This document shows, piece after piece, positions 30,701 to 38,470 of a stretch of 58,009 bases of DNA. The position numbers and the translations under genes were made by a program. Positions within the stretch are counted from its first letter, which is position 1, and every line of letters begins with the position of its first letter. The DNA comes from a virus, in the IMG/VR virus record IMGVR_UViG_3300045988_137753, positions 1 through 58,009 of that record. One strand, given 5' to 3'. The notes beneath the pieces are model-generated. The model searched no databases, was not told the origin of the DNA, and saw only the letters and a program-made list of their open reading frames with translations.

Positions 30701-30811
30701 TTTTGTGTTGCAGCTAGTTCAAGTGGTTCAGCTACTATCACAGCAACTTCTAAGAGCGGTGTTTCAAAGAGTATAACATTAAATGTCAGCAATAACGCTA
30801 TATCACATTAG
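27728..30811 (+). CDS. tail fibre / receptor-binding protein with SGNH esterase, GH16 glucanase-like and Big_2 domains
   Basis: GDSITDEG, GGVNDY and DGLHPT (SGNH blocks I, III, V); GEFDIVEF (GH16 ExDxxE); C-terminal Ig-like ITATSKSGVSKSITLNV. Confidence 0.7.
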   Translation: MAYKKKVWKTGDIMKQEDINNIENGIYEAHQELQNLHNYDDTEIKNIIGSGTLSTTAQDLKGAINEVFQSASNGKTLIAQAITGKGVTTSNTDTFQRMATNISLISGKVTGKILTLDNKKYTLSEDDNGNITATIIKFSITNKLTNVSNNNSAIQVDYGNSYSATITANSGYGINSLSITMGGVDITSTAYSNGQININSVTGNIIITVTASVTIDISGSFGYILGAITEWEVIGDSITDEGMLPLTKYPTILKNQYTNISTVNNCAKSGAHITNKTTGYKTFSTLIDEGLSGASANAGLVTIFGGVNDYLQNCDIGTTNDTEDTTFYGACKKLIEKIKNKFAQAEIIWIIPLNMTNGTFNTNSNGINNAGNTLDDYRTAIKNVCTTNNIKIIDVHEDSDLQPSTLSSDGLHPTADGQGLLASKFRKYIPYIPAQPTTELTVSNIADITTVEKITFNIVYSTSKSVIKHEVSWDGGNTYYDKTSDVTSNNLTYTFTHDANASAGTYNMAIRVTTSDGEIATSNIFTLTVIASPTQDTYTNAVISDFKTVGKVDDLIIDSNSNLTASSVGQWGMCYLNKNISKLKFTLRPNVADYACLCWYIYNDNGDDTYNMIALGIGSDHGQEFKMTIPGTGVSKIAKLTLPDINKNDILIVEYNGTSQKITKEDGTVLITLEGNMSGWCGQSSSSIPFCSNVKYIEKENTDTVLLDSNGAYIVDDFSSNIVDPSKWSYELGYVRNSETQNYVNTNAIINDGILELRGLKDSSGNWTSSSIISKGHFAFMYGKIEARVKLCNSNGAFGAFWTLGDSFEFGYKENGSPDTLGEWWAYCGEFDIVEFYNKKLTCGVFFNQKEESGRVWYDNYATGDWHIFAMEWATDGSLKFTIDGNVLSTTSATDNRAFHIPHFILLNQAIGASGGTPDSSTTEITQYVDWVKYYPLSTENVVLNSSDFTIQATDFNENNCVVRATFNDNCINKALSWESNNESVITVHSGFCVAASSSGSATITATSKSGVSKSITLNVSNNAISH

Positions 30812-30814
30812 GAG

Positions 30815-31123
30815 GTGATAAACTTGAGAACTCTTACAGATAAGGCACTTAATAAATTAGCAAATTATTATATTAGCAAACTAAAAAATGTTAAATATAC
30901 ACTTGATGGAGAAGAAAAAGAAATAGATTTTTTTTCTAAAAAAGTAATAGGAAATACTGCTTGTGCTTATGTATTCTTTGATGAGAATTACAAAGGAAAA
31001 ATTACAAATATAAGAGTAATAGATAAAGATGGGGATATAGTAGCACAAGACAAGAAAGTCTATGAAAGAACTACTGATAAGGCATTGTATATAGCATTTA
31101 AGCATGAATTTACGGAGGTGTAA
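30815..31123 (+). CDS. hypothetical tail-associated protein
   Basis: ORF after AGGAGGTG; non-ATG start. Confidence 0.45.
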   Translation: MINLRTLTDKALNKLANYYISKLKNVKYTLDGEEKEIDFFSKKVIGNTACAYVFFDENYKGKITNIRVIDKDGDIVAQDKKVYERTTDKALYIAFKHEFTEV

Positions 31124-31126
31124 AAA

Positions 31127-31438
31127 ATGAGTATATATACAAAGAATGAATGGATAGACCATATAGAAGATGTTGATACAGGAGAAGTATTACAAGTTGG
31201 TACTTTGTATTGTGCTAGACTTATGAATCATATGGAAGATGGCATAGAATCAGCACATAGTGAAATGATTGCAATGGAGACAGCTGTAAAAAATATGCAA
31301 ACGAAAGTAAAAGTATTAGAAGACAATCTTATAAATAATATGCCACATAACAATTTCTTAGAAGACTTAACTACTCTAGATGATATAATTATTACCGATG
31401 GCATATATAATAAAACATTAGCAAAAGTATATTACTAG
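31127..31438 (+). CDS. hypothetical tail-associated protein
   Basis: 103-aa ORF after GGAGGTG. Confidence 0.5.
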   Translation: MSIYTKNEWIDHIEDVDTGEVLQVGTLYCARLMNHMEDGIESAHSEMIAMETAVKNMQTKVKVLEDNLINNMPHNNFLEDLTTLDDIIITDGIYNKTLAKVYY

Positions 31439-31449
31439 GAGGTGATTAA

Positions 31450-32943
31450 ATGGCAGTAGGTGATATAGTAAAATTTGGGATGTTATCAAGTAATGGAAAT
31501 ACATATAAACAAAAAAGTACAATTGAAGCATTTAAAAATGGATATTATAACTTTAATTACACTAATTTTAACTTCATAGATGCATTAGATGAAGATAATA
31601 AATGGACTTGGATAGAAGCTAATATAGATATTGGTAAAATATATATATGCCCTTCTATAATAAAGGTAGGAAGCTATAATCAATTACAAAGAGTTTTAAA
31701 TAAAAATATGAATATAGGTGGAAAAACATATCAACTTATACTTTTAACTAGAGAACAGATTGAAGAACAAGTTCCTATTAGTATTTCACGACAAATAGAT
31801 TTTGCTTATAATACAGGTCAATCTGTAGAAGCTTATACTTGCACTACTCAGCACTGGGTAATAAGTTATGGTCATATATCAGAAGATGCTGTATACATGT
31901 GTTATTTCGATAAAATGCTTGATGGATGGATGCATTATACGGCTGCAAATCCGGAGCCAAATGATACAGATTATTTCGGTAACTATAATTATCAAGACAT
32001 AGATGCATCAAGTACGTCAGCGGGTTATATTCCAATATTAAAACTTATTAATTCCACTCCTACTATCAGTGGAAAAGATGAAAATTTAAAAGACAAAACA
32101 AGTAATTTCAGTATTACTTATTCAGTAAATGATAATGATGTAGCAGATGAGTTAACTGTAAATGAAAAACTTAATGGAGACATTATAAGAACATTAAAAA
32201 ATCCTGTTAAGGGAAAGGAATTGACACTAACTATTAGCGAAGAAAGATTTGCAAATTTGAGTGTTAATAGCACCAACACTATAGAAATAGAAGTAACAGA
32301 TGGGCAAGCTACTACATATAGAAGATATACATTTGTAAAGACTAATTCAGCACCATTTATAACTTATACAGGGCAAGTAGACTTAGGAGAGTTAACAACT
32401 AAACCTAGTATTACTTATTCAGTTAAAGATAATGAAGGAGATGCAATAACTGTAACTGAAAAATTGAATGGTGAAGTAATAAACCAATTTAGTGCAACTT
32501 CAAATACAAACTATACAGTAGGAATAACTGATACGTTTTGGCTTACTTGTGGATCTAATACAAATACAGTAGAAATAATAGCAAGTGATGCTCTTGGCGG
32601 AAGTAGTTCAAAGACTATTACATTTTCCAGAAAAATAACAAAACTACAAATAGTTATGAAAAATGCAATAGAAACAGATGCAAAAGCAACAAAGATATTA
32701 GTATCCCCTCAATGGACCACAACTGGAGGAGTTGGAAAAGTAGAAGTATGTAACAATGGATTTGACCCTAATCCTAAATGGGAAGATGCAACTACTATGG
32801 TAGTACTTAATAGACCTCATTTATTTACTAATACAAGCAAAACTGCTTCCAAATGGGGAATCAAAATAAGAATAACAGTCACAAAGAATCAAGGATATGA
32901 TGGAGAAGTTGCTATATACGGATTTGGAGGTGCCTATGAGTAA
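31450..32943 (+). CDS. structural protein with repeated Ig-like modules
   Basis: Two similar segments (SITYSVNDNDVADELTVNEKLNGDIIR and SITYSVKDNEGDAITVTEKLNGEVIN). Confidence 0.5.
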   Translation: MAVGDIVKFGMLSSNGNTYKQKSTIEAFKNGYYNFNYTNFNFIDALDEDNKWTWIEANIDIGKIYICPSIIKVGSYNQLQRVLNKNMNIGGKTYQLILLTREQIEEQVPISISRQIDFAYNTGQSVEAYTCTTQHWVISYGHISEDAVYMCYFDKMLDGWMHYTAANPEPNDTDYFGNYNYQDIDASSTSAGYIPILKLINSTPTISGKDENLKDKTSNFSITYSVNDNDVADELTVNEKLNGDIIRTLKNPVKGKELTLTISEERFANLSVNSTNTIEIEVTDGQATTYRRYTFVKTNSAPFITYTGQVDLGELTTKPSITYSVKDNEGDAITVTEKLNGEVINQFSATSNTNYTVGITDTFWLTCGSNTNTVEIIASDALGGSSSKTITFSRKITKLQIVMKNAIETDAKATKILVSPQWTTTGGVGKVEVCNNGFDPNPKWEDATTMVVLNRPHLFTNTSKTASKWGIKIRITVTKNQGYDGEVAIYGFGGAYE

Positions 32944-33098
32944 TGAAAATATTTCATGAAAAATCATTGATAGAAATAAATAAGGAAAAAGAAGAAAATG
33001 GAAAACTAAAAAAGGAAGTTGAAGAATTAAAATCAGAATTAGAACTAACTCAAGCTGCATTGAATGATTTATTATTTGGAGAAGAAGGAGGTGAATAA
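32943..33098 (+). CDS. hypothetical 51-aa coiled protein
   Basis: ATG overlaps the preceding stop codon (TAATG). Confidence 0.4.
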   Translation: MKIFHEKSLIEINKEKEENGKLKKEVEELKSELELTQAALNDLLFGEEGGE

Positions 33099-33100
33099 GA

Positions 33101-33238
33101 ATGGCTGGATATTTAGCATTACAAATAATGAAAGGCAACCTTAGTTATGCAAAGGTTATGAGTAAGTTTAGTAAATATAAAGAACGAATAGACATTATAT
33201 TAGTAGCAGAAGGCAGAGAAGATTTGATAGAAAATTAA
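33101..33238 (+). CDS. hypothetical 45-aa protein (XkdX-like size and position)
   Basis: ATG after GGAGGTG. Confidence 0.4.
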   Translation: MAGYLALQIMKGNLSYAKVMSKFSKYKERIDIILVAEGREDLIEN

Positions 33239-33263
33239 TCTTCTCTTTTTTTATTATCATTTA

Positions 33264-33290
33264 AGAGGATCTTCATAGGTCCTCTTTTTT
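33264..33290 (+). terminator. rho-independent terminator
   Basis: AGAGGATC-TTCATA-GGTCCTCT followed by T6. Confidence 0.6.
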
Positions 33291-33306
33291 AATAAGGAGG
33301 GATAAA

Positions 33307-34188
33307 ATGTCTTATAATAAAAAAGTATGGAAAAGTGGAGACAGAATTACAAAAGAAGCGCTAAACAATATGGAAAATGGTATAGAGACAGCACATCAAA
33401 ATTCAGGTGGAACAGGTTCGGTAGCAATAGTAGATAATTTAAACAGTAATAGTTCAACATCTGCTTTAAGCGCAAAGCAAGGTAAAGAACTTAATAATAA
33501 AATGCCTGCTAAATCTATAGTAGAAGGTGGGAAAATATACCTAGCAAAAGAGGATGGAACAAAATTAGATAGTGGTACTGAATTACCTACAAGTAGTGGA
33601 ACAGTTACAGATGGAAAAGAAATAGAACTTCAAAAAAGTACAACTCATATACAATGGCGCTATGTGGGGGATACGAATTGGATTAATCTTGTTGCGTTAT
33701 CGGACTTAAAGGGCGCAAAGGGGGAAAAAGGGGCCACTGGAGCAACTCCGAATTTAAAAATAGGAACAGTAACTACACTTGAGAGTGGGAGTAATGCAAC
33801 TGCAAGTATTACTGGAACAACTGAAAATCCGTTATTAAATTTGAGTATTCCAAAAGGAGCGAAAGGCGATAAGGGTGATACCGGTGCTAGTAGCGAAGGT
33901 ACTATTGATACTCTAGTGACTACTAATATATCAGGTAATACTTTATCACTGACAACAGATAAATATCAAACCACTACTATTGTAGATGGGACTGAAATTA
34001 CATTGCCAATAGTTACTTCTTTTACTGAAATTCATTTATTTTTTAATACAACAACAGATTTAACATTAACATTACCAGCTTGCAAATGGCAAAATGGAAA
34101 TACTCCAACAATATCAGCTAATAAAACATATGAATTTATTTTCACATATACCACAGAATGGCTAGGTGGGGTGATTGCTTATGAGTAG
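33307..34188 (+). CDS. second tail-fibre protein with collagen-like G-X-Y runs
   Basis: The N-terminus MSYNKKVWKSGDRITKEALNNMENGIETAHQ is paralogous to the start of the 27728 gene; KGAKGEKGATGAT and KGAKGDKGDTGAS. Confidence 0.6.
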   Translation: MSYNKKVWKSGDRITKEALNNMENGIETAHQNSGGTGSVAIVDNLNSNSSTSALSAKQGKELNNKMPAKSIVEGGKIYLAKEDGTKLDSGTELPTSSGTVTDGKEIELQKSTTHIQWRYVGDTNWINLVALSDLKGAKGEKGATGATPNLKIGTVTTLESGSNATASITGTTENPLLNLSIPKGAKGDKGDTGASSEGTIDTLVTTNISGNTLSLTTDKYQTTTIVDGTEITLPIVTSFTEIHLFFNTTTDLTLTLPACKWQNGNTPTISANKTYEFIFTYTTEWLGGVIAYE

Positions 34189-34225
34189 TAAACTATTAAT
34201 GAATAATATTGTAGGGGGTGATAAT

Positions 34226-34945
34226 ATGCAAGTACAAAAAGGAACTGTTATTGCTACAAATACTGATAAGCCAATAACTGTAAATGATTTAAATTTTACT
34301 CCTGATATAGTTTTAGTAAGAATCAAAGATATATCTACATATAATACAGTTCACTCACTATTTTGGATATATACAAAATATGCATCTTGTAGCATTCGTA
34401 CAGATAGTGGCGGTATAAAAAATAATATTTTAAATAAATGTATGTATACTGACCTAGGATACACTAAAGGGGAGACTACTATTACGGTAAAAAATAACTC
34501 GTTTACTTTTTCAAGTTTAAGTAGTTATGGACCTATTCAAGCTGGAGATGAATTTGAATATGTAGCCATAGCGTATGATGAAAATAAATATACTGGAGAA
34601 GTGGTAATATCTGATACATCCGAGCAAACATTCGATATAGATAACACACCAGATATTGTTATAGCCCGTTATATTGGCGATACTAATGGAAATATTGATG
34701 TAATCATTAAACGAACATTTTTATGGATATATACAAAATTTGCAACATTTACATTCAGAACTGATAGTGAGGGATTTGTTCAAGGAGGATTCCAGGCATC
34801 TACTTTTTATAATGATTGTGGATATATTAAAAACACTTCATTTATAACAATTACAGATAAAATAGTCAGTCTTAAAAAGGTTAATGATTTATATCCCCTT
34901 AATATTGGGGATGTAATAAGCTATAGCGTTATTAAATATGAATAA
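34226..34945 (+). CDS. hypothetical two-repeat protein (fibre-associated)
   Basis: GGGGGTGA RBS; internal duplication LFWIYTKYASCSIRTDSGG / FLWIYTKFATFTFRTDSEG. Confidence 0.5.
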   Translation: MQVQKGTVIATNTDKPITVNDLNFTPDIVLVRIKDISTYNTVHSLFWIYTKYASCSIRTDSGGIKNNILNKCMYTDLGYTKGETTITVKNNSFTFSSLSSYGPIQAGDEFEYVAIAYDENKYTGEVVISDTSEQTFDIDNTPDIVIARYIGDTNGNIDVIIKRTFLWIYTKFATFTFRTDSEGFVQGGFQASTFYNDCGYIKNTSFITITDKIVSLKKVNDLYPLNIGDVISYSVIKYE

Positions 34946-34965
34946 ATTTAAGGAGGTAAATTAAT

Positions 34966-35331
34966 ATGTATGCAAAATTAAATAATGGTGCATTAGAATA
35001 TGCACCAAGTAATTACAAATTAAACGATGGAAGAACTATAGTTGGATTCAACAAATCTGTACCACTAATGACTAGATATGGATTTAAAGAAGTGATAGAC
35101 CAACAACCAAGCTATGATGCAGATACTGAATATCTAGTAATAACAGGATATACAGAACAAGATACAACAATAACTATAGTATATGCAGTAAAACAAATGG
35201 ATTTAGTAGAACAAGAACTAACTATAGACGAAAAAATAACACAACTTAAAAATGTGGACACAGAACATGAGGAAGCATTAGCACAATTAACTGACATGAT
35301 AATATCTTTACAAGAAGGAGGTGCTGAATAA
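34966..35331 (+). CDS. hypothetical protein (possible fibre assembly factor)
   Basis: 121-aa ORF after AGGAGGT. Confidence 0.45.
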   Translation: MYAKLNNGALEYAPSNYKLNDGRTIVGFNKSVPLMTRYGFKEVIDQQPSYDADTEYLVITGYTEQDTTITIVYAVKQMDLVEQELTIDEKITQLKNVDTEHEEALAQLTDMIISLQEGGAE

Positions 35332-35465
35332 TGGCTAGAATATATGCTAACTTAATTATAAAGAAACGTAGAACAATAGAACAAGTACCTAAAATGTTTA
35401 AAGATGAGACTCTTAAGATATTAGAAAAAGATGGATATGACGGATATGGAGAACCTTTAGTATAA
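35331..35465 (+). CDS. hypothetical 44-aa protein
   Basis: TAATG overlap with the upstream gene. Confidence 0.4.
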   Translation: MARIYANLIIKKRRTIEQVPKMFKDETLKILEKDGYDGYGEPLV

Positions 35466-35571
35466 GTACATCAAAAATATTACGAATTACACAATTTGAA
35501 TCAATTGCGTAAGAAATATGTTTATAAAAATGAAGTCATGTTAATACTTTCTAATAAAAAGGAGTGTTGGC

Positions 35572-35670
35572 ATGGCTTTATTATATATAGCGTTAGTATT
35601 ATGTTTAATAGGCATATTAATAGGTATTTTGTCTATAATAGGGATAATTGTACTTTATAAGTCAATATAG
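35572..35670 (+). CDS. 32-aa single-TM hydrophobic peptide
   Basis: AAGGAG RBS; MALLYIALVLCLIGILIGILSIIGIIVLYKSI; terminator follows. Confidence 0.4.
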   Translation: MALLYIALVLCLIGILIGILSIIGIIVLYKSI

Positions 35671-35676
35671 AAAGTT

Positions 35677-35708
35677 AAAGGACTTAATTAATTTTAGGTC
35701 CTTTTTTA
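35677..35708 (+). terminator. rho-independent terminator
   Basis: AAGGAC(T)TAA..TTAGGTCCTT followed by T-run. Confidence 0.5.
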
Positions 35709-35729
35709 ATGTAAAAAAGGGGTGATATT

Positions 35730-36002
35730 ATGGATTTTCATTGCTGGAATGAAGAAGGGTGTACAGTAGAATTAGATGAAAGAGAGAGACAAGCATATAT
35801 AGATTATGTTCAAAAGAAAAATCCAGGGCAACAAATTAAATATATTACAGTAAAATTAGATGGAGATTATGTTGATTTGAAATATGAAGTAGTTCCAATT
35901 CCATTCCAAAGAATAAGAAGGATAACTGGCTATCTTTCAGAAGTGAAACAATTTAATGATGCCAAACAAGATGAATTAAAAGATAGAGTCAAACATTGCT
36001 AG
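35730..36002 (+). CDS. stand-alone NrdD C-terminal-like glycyl-radical domain protein
   Basis: RRITGYLSEVKQFNDAKQDELKDRVKH matches the class III RNR C-terminus (RxxGY...FN.GK..E...R.KH). Confidence 0.6.
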   Translation: MDFHCWNEEGCTVELDERERQAYIDYVQKKNPGQQIKYITVKLDGDYVDLKYEVVPIPFQRIRRITGYLSEVKQFNDAKQDELKDRVKHC

Positions 36003-36018
36003 AATAGAGGTGTTGTCT

Positions 36019-36246
36019 ATGAGTACAGAAATAATTGTTGCAATACTAGCATTAATAGGAACATTAGCTGGTTCGTATTTTTCTAATAATAAAAATACAG
36101 CTATTATGGATGAAAAAATTAAAGATTTAAAGAAAGACATAGAAACCTTATCGGATAGAGTAAATCGCCATAATAACCTTGTGGAAAGGATGGCAATAGT
36201 AGAAGAACATATTAAAATGAGTGAAAAGGAGAGAGATAAATGTTAG
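36019..36246 (+). CDS. XhlA/BhlA-like membrane protein (lysis accessory)
   Basis: N-terminal TM helix plus coiled coil, immediately upstream of the holin. Confidence 0.5.
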   Translation: MSTEIIVAILALIGTLAGSYFSNNKNTAIMDEKIKDLKKDIETLSDRVNRHNNLVERMAIVEEHIKMSEKERDKC

Positions 36247-36512
36247 ATTTAAGTGTTATAAGTAACTATTTAGTAGTTGCAGTAATATTAGTATGTTGTT
36301 GTATTGGATATGTAATAAAAACAAGTTTAGATTTTATACCTAATAAATATATACCATTAATCATGGCCTGCATAGGAGTGGTTTTAAACTACTTTATAGC
36401 AGGCTATTTTAATGTAAATGTATTACTAGGAGGGATGTTGAGTGGTTTAAGTTCTGTAGGACTTCATCAAGCTTTTAAAAATTTAATCGAAAACCAAGAA
36501 GGTGATAAATAA
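36240..36512 (+). CDS. holin
   Basis: 90 aa with multiple TM helices and a charged C-terminus; ATGA-coupled to the endolysin. Confidence 0.65.
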   Translation: MLDLSVISNYLVVAVILVCCCIGYVIKTSLDFIPNKYIPLIMACIGVVLNYFIAGYFNVNVLLGGMLSGLSSVGLHQAFKNLIENQEGDK

Positions 36513-37390
36513 TGAAGACTAAAAATGGTTTTACATTATTGGAAAATCAAAAAGATGTAAAAGATTGGTTGGCAAAACAACACGTAAGTAGAAAAATAAC
36601 AAAATTACAAGTACATCATATGGATATGCCAAGTTATTCAACTTGGGAAAAAACTGATAAAAAAGTATTTTCAGAACCACATTTTGGCAGAACTGAGTCA
36701 TTGGATAGTTATGGTAAAAGTAAATGGCATTATAGTGATGGACATGGTCATTATATTGCTCAACACTTTAATGTTTTTCCTGACGGTAAAATAACAACTG
36801 GTAGAAACCTTAATAGTACTCCAATCGGTATTAGAGGATGGAATACAGGTGCAATTTGTATTGAGATTTATGGTTGTTTTGACAAAGGACATGACAAAAT
36901 GACTGCTGCACAAAAGAAGGCAGTAATATATCTTTATGGTGAATTATGTAAAAGATTTCATATTCCAGTTAATGCCACTCACATAAGACCTCATTGTTGG
37001 TTTACTGCTGGAGGAACTTACTTAGGTAAATATAATCCTTCAAGAAGTGCTAAAACTTGTCCAGGTACTGCATTTTGGGGATATGGATGTTCTCCTGATG
37101 GGTTTGCTCATTTCATAAAAGATGTAAAGAACTATGTAGAAGGAAAAAAAGAAGAACCTAAGAAGGAAGAAACTAAATCAACTACAAAGAAATTTGAAAT
37201 AGTAACACTTGATAAACTTAATATAAGAAAAGTAGCAGATTGGGATGCAGATCCAGTTACAACAGTTAAGAAGGGGCAACATCTACAAGTAATAGATACA
37301 GTAGATGCTAAAAATGGAAGTACTCCTATGTATCGCTTAGAATCAGGTTTATACATAACTGCATCTGATAAATATGTAAAGAAAGTATAA
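36512..37390 (+). CDS. endolysin: N-acetylmuramoyl-L-alanine amidase (Amidase_2/PGRP) with C-terminal SH3-like wall-binding domain
   Basis: HHMD..., CIEIYG, KTCPG zinc-amidase landmarks; Lys-rich linker; LNIRK...YRLESGLYITA SH3b-like. Confidence 0.75.
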   Translation: MKTKNGFTLLENQKDVKDWLAKQHVSRKITKLQVHHMDMPSYSTWEKTDKKVFSEPHFGRTESLDSYGKSKWHYSDGHGHYIAQHFNVFPDGKITTGRNLNSTPIGIRGWNTGAICIEIYGCFDKGHDKMTAAQKKAVIYLYGELCKRFHIPVNATHIRPHCWFTAGGTYLGKYNPSRSAKTCPGTAFWGYGCSPDGFAHFIKDVKNYVEGKKEEPKKEETKSTTKKFEIVTLDKLNIRKVADWDADPVTTVKKGQHLQVIDTVDAKNGSTPMYRLESGLYITASDKYVKKV

Positions 37391-37391
37391 T

Positions 37392-37432
37392 AAAAAGGCT
37401 GGTAGGGATTATTTTCCTTACCAGCTTTATTT
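37392..37432. terminator. bidirectional terminator between the lysis module and the minus-strand accessory operon
   Basis: GCTGGTAGGG..CCTTACCAGC flanked by an A-run and a T-run. Confidence 0.6.
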
Positions 37433-38095
37433 TTATTTATCTAATTTGTACCACATACCAGGTATACATCCATCATATATTTCAGATGTATTATTTGTTG
37501 GTACATGGTATATTTTAACTCCTGTTATCTCTATTCTTTCTGTACTTTTTTCTTTTAGGTACAATGTTATTTTTCTAGTTTCTCCAGCTGATATATTTTG
37601 CTCAACACCATTCCATGGTATACAAGTATTGTTTTTATCATACTCTTTAAAATCTATTTCTAAATAATTTATATCATTTCCTGTATTATTAGTCCATGTA
37701 AATTCAAAACTTGGAGAAATTTCATCATCTAGATAAGTTTTTTCTATACTATCAAGTTGTTTAGCTATATATTTTTCAGCTTCTACTTCATTTCCACTAT
37801 AATTTTCAGGTATTTTTAAATTTACACCATTTTGATAATATTTAGCTTCTTCTTCTATTTTCCAGTCGTGGTTATCTAAAAAATTAATCTCATCTTCTGT
37901 TAATAACTTTCTATATGCTTCTGTTAATTCATTTCCTTCTAATCCTTTTAAAGTGGCAATTCTATCTTTTTCAGTCATATGTTTTTCTTCTTTTATAGAG
38001 CTTTCAGCTTTATTCTTATTTATATTATTACTACAACCTACCATACTTACTGCTAATATACTTGCTGCTAATATGCTTGTTATTCTTTTATTCAT
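37433..38095 (-). CDS. lipoprotein (moron)
   Basis: Signal peptide with lipobox AVSMVG-C; RBS AGGGGG 9 nt before the fourth-codon ATG. Confidence 0.7.
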   Translation of the reverse strand: MNKRITSILAASILAVSMVGCSNNINKNKAESSIKEEKHMTEKDRIATLKGLEGNELTEAYRKLLTEDEINFLDNHDWKIEEEAKYYQNGVNLKIPENYSGNEVEAEKYIAKQLDSIEKTYLDDEISPSFEFTWTNNTGNDINYLEIDFKEYDKNNTCIPWNGVEQNISAGETRKITLYLKEKSTERIEITGVKIYHVPTNNTSEIYDGCIPGMWYKLDK

Positions 38096-38128
38096 AAATA
38101 ACATCCCCCTTAATAATTTATAAATATT

Positions 38129-38428
38129 CTATTTTGCTTCTATTAACTCCGTTAGCATTAATTCCAAATTTCCATCATCTTCATCAAAACCCCATACTTC
38201 TAAATACTCCGCATTACTGTCTTTATGTCTCCATATACATTCTAAGTAAAAAATAACAGACCCTATATATATTTTGCAGCATTCTACTTTTTCTTCAAAG
38301 GTTTCGCAATCATATAGGTCGTATATTTTTCCTCCCCAACTGTTAATCATATTTGCGGCAGCCACTAATGTTGTTTCATTAGCCATTAAATAATTGAATA
38401 TATTTTTTCTTTGCGTTTCTTTATCCAT
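38129..38428 (-). CDS. hypothetical acidic 99-aa protein
   Basis: ORF 42 nt downstream of the tnpB-like gene on the same strand. Confidence 0.5.
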   Translation of the reverse strand: MDKETQRKNIFNYLMANETTLVAAANMINSWGGKIYDLYDCETFEEKVECCKIYIGSVIFYLECIWRHKDSNAEYLEVWGFDEDDGNLELMLTELIEAK

Positions 38429-38470
38429 TTATTTCACCTCTAACTTATTTATTTTTTTATTATTCTATTT

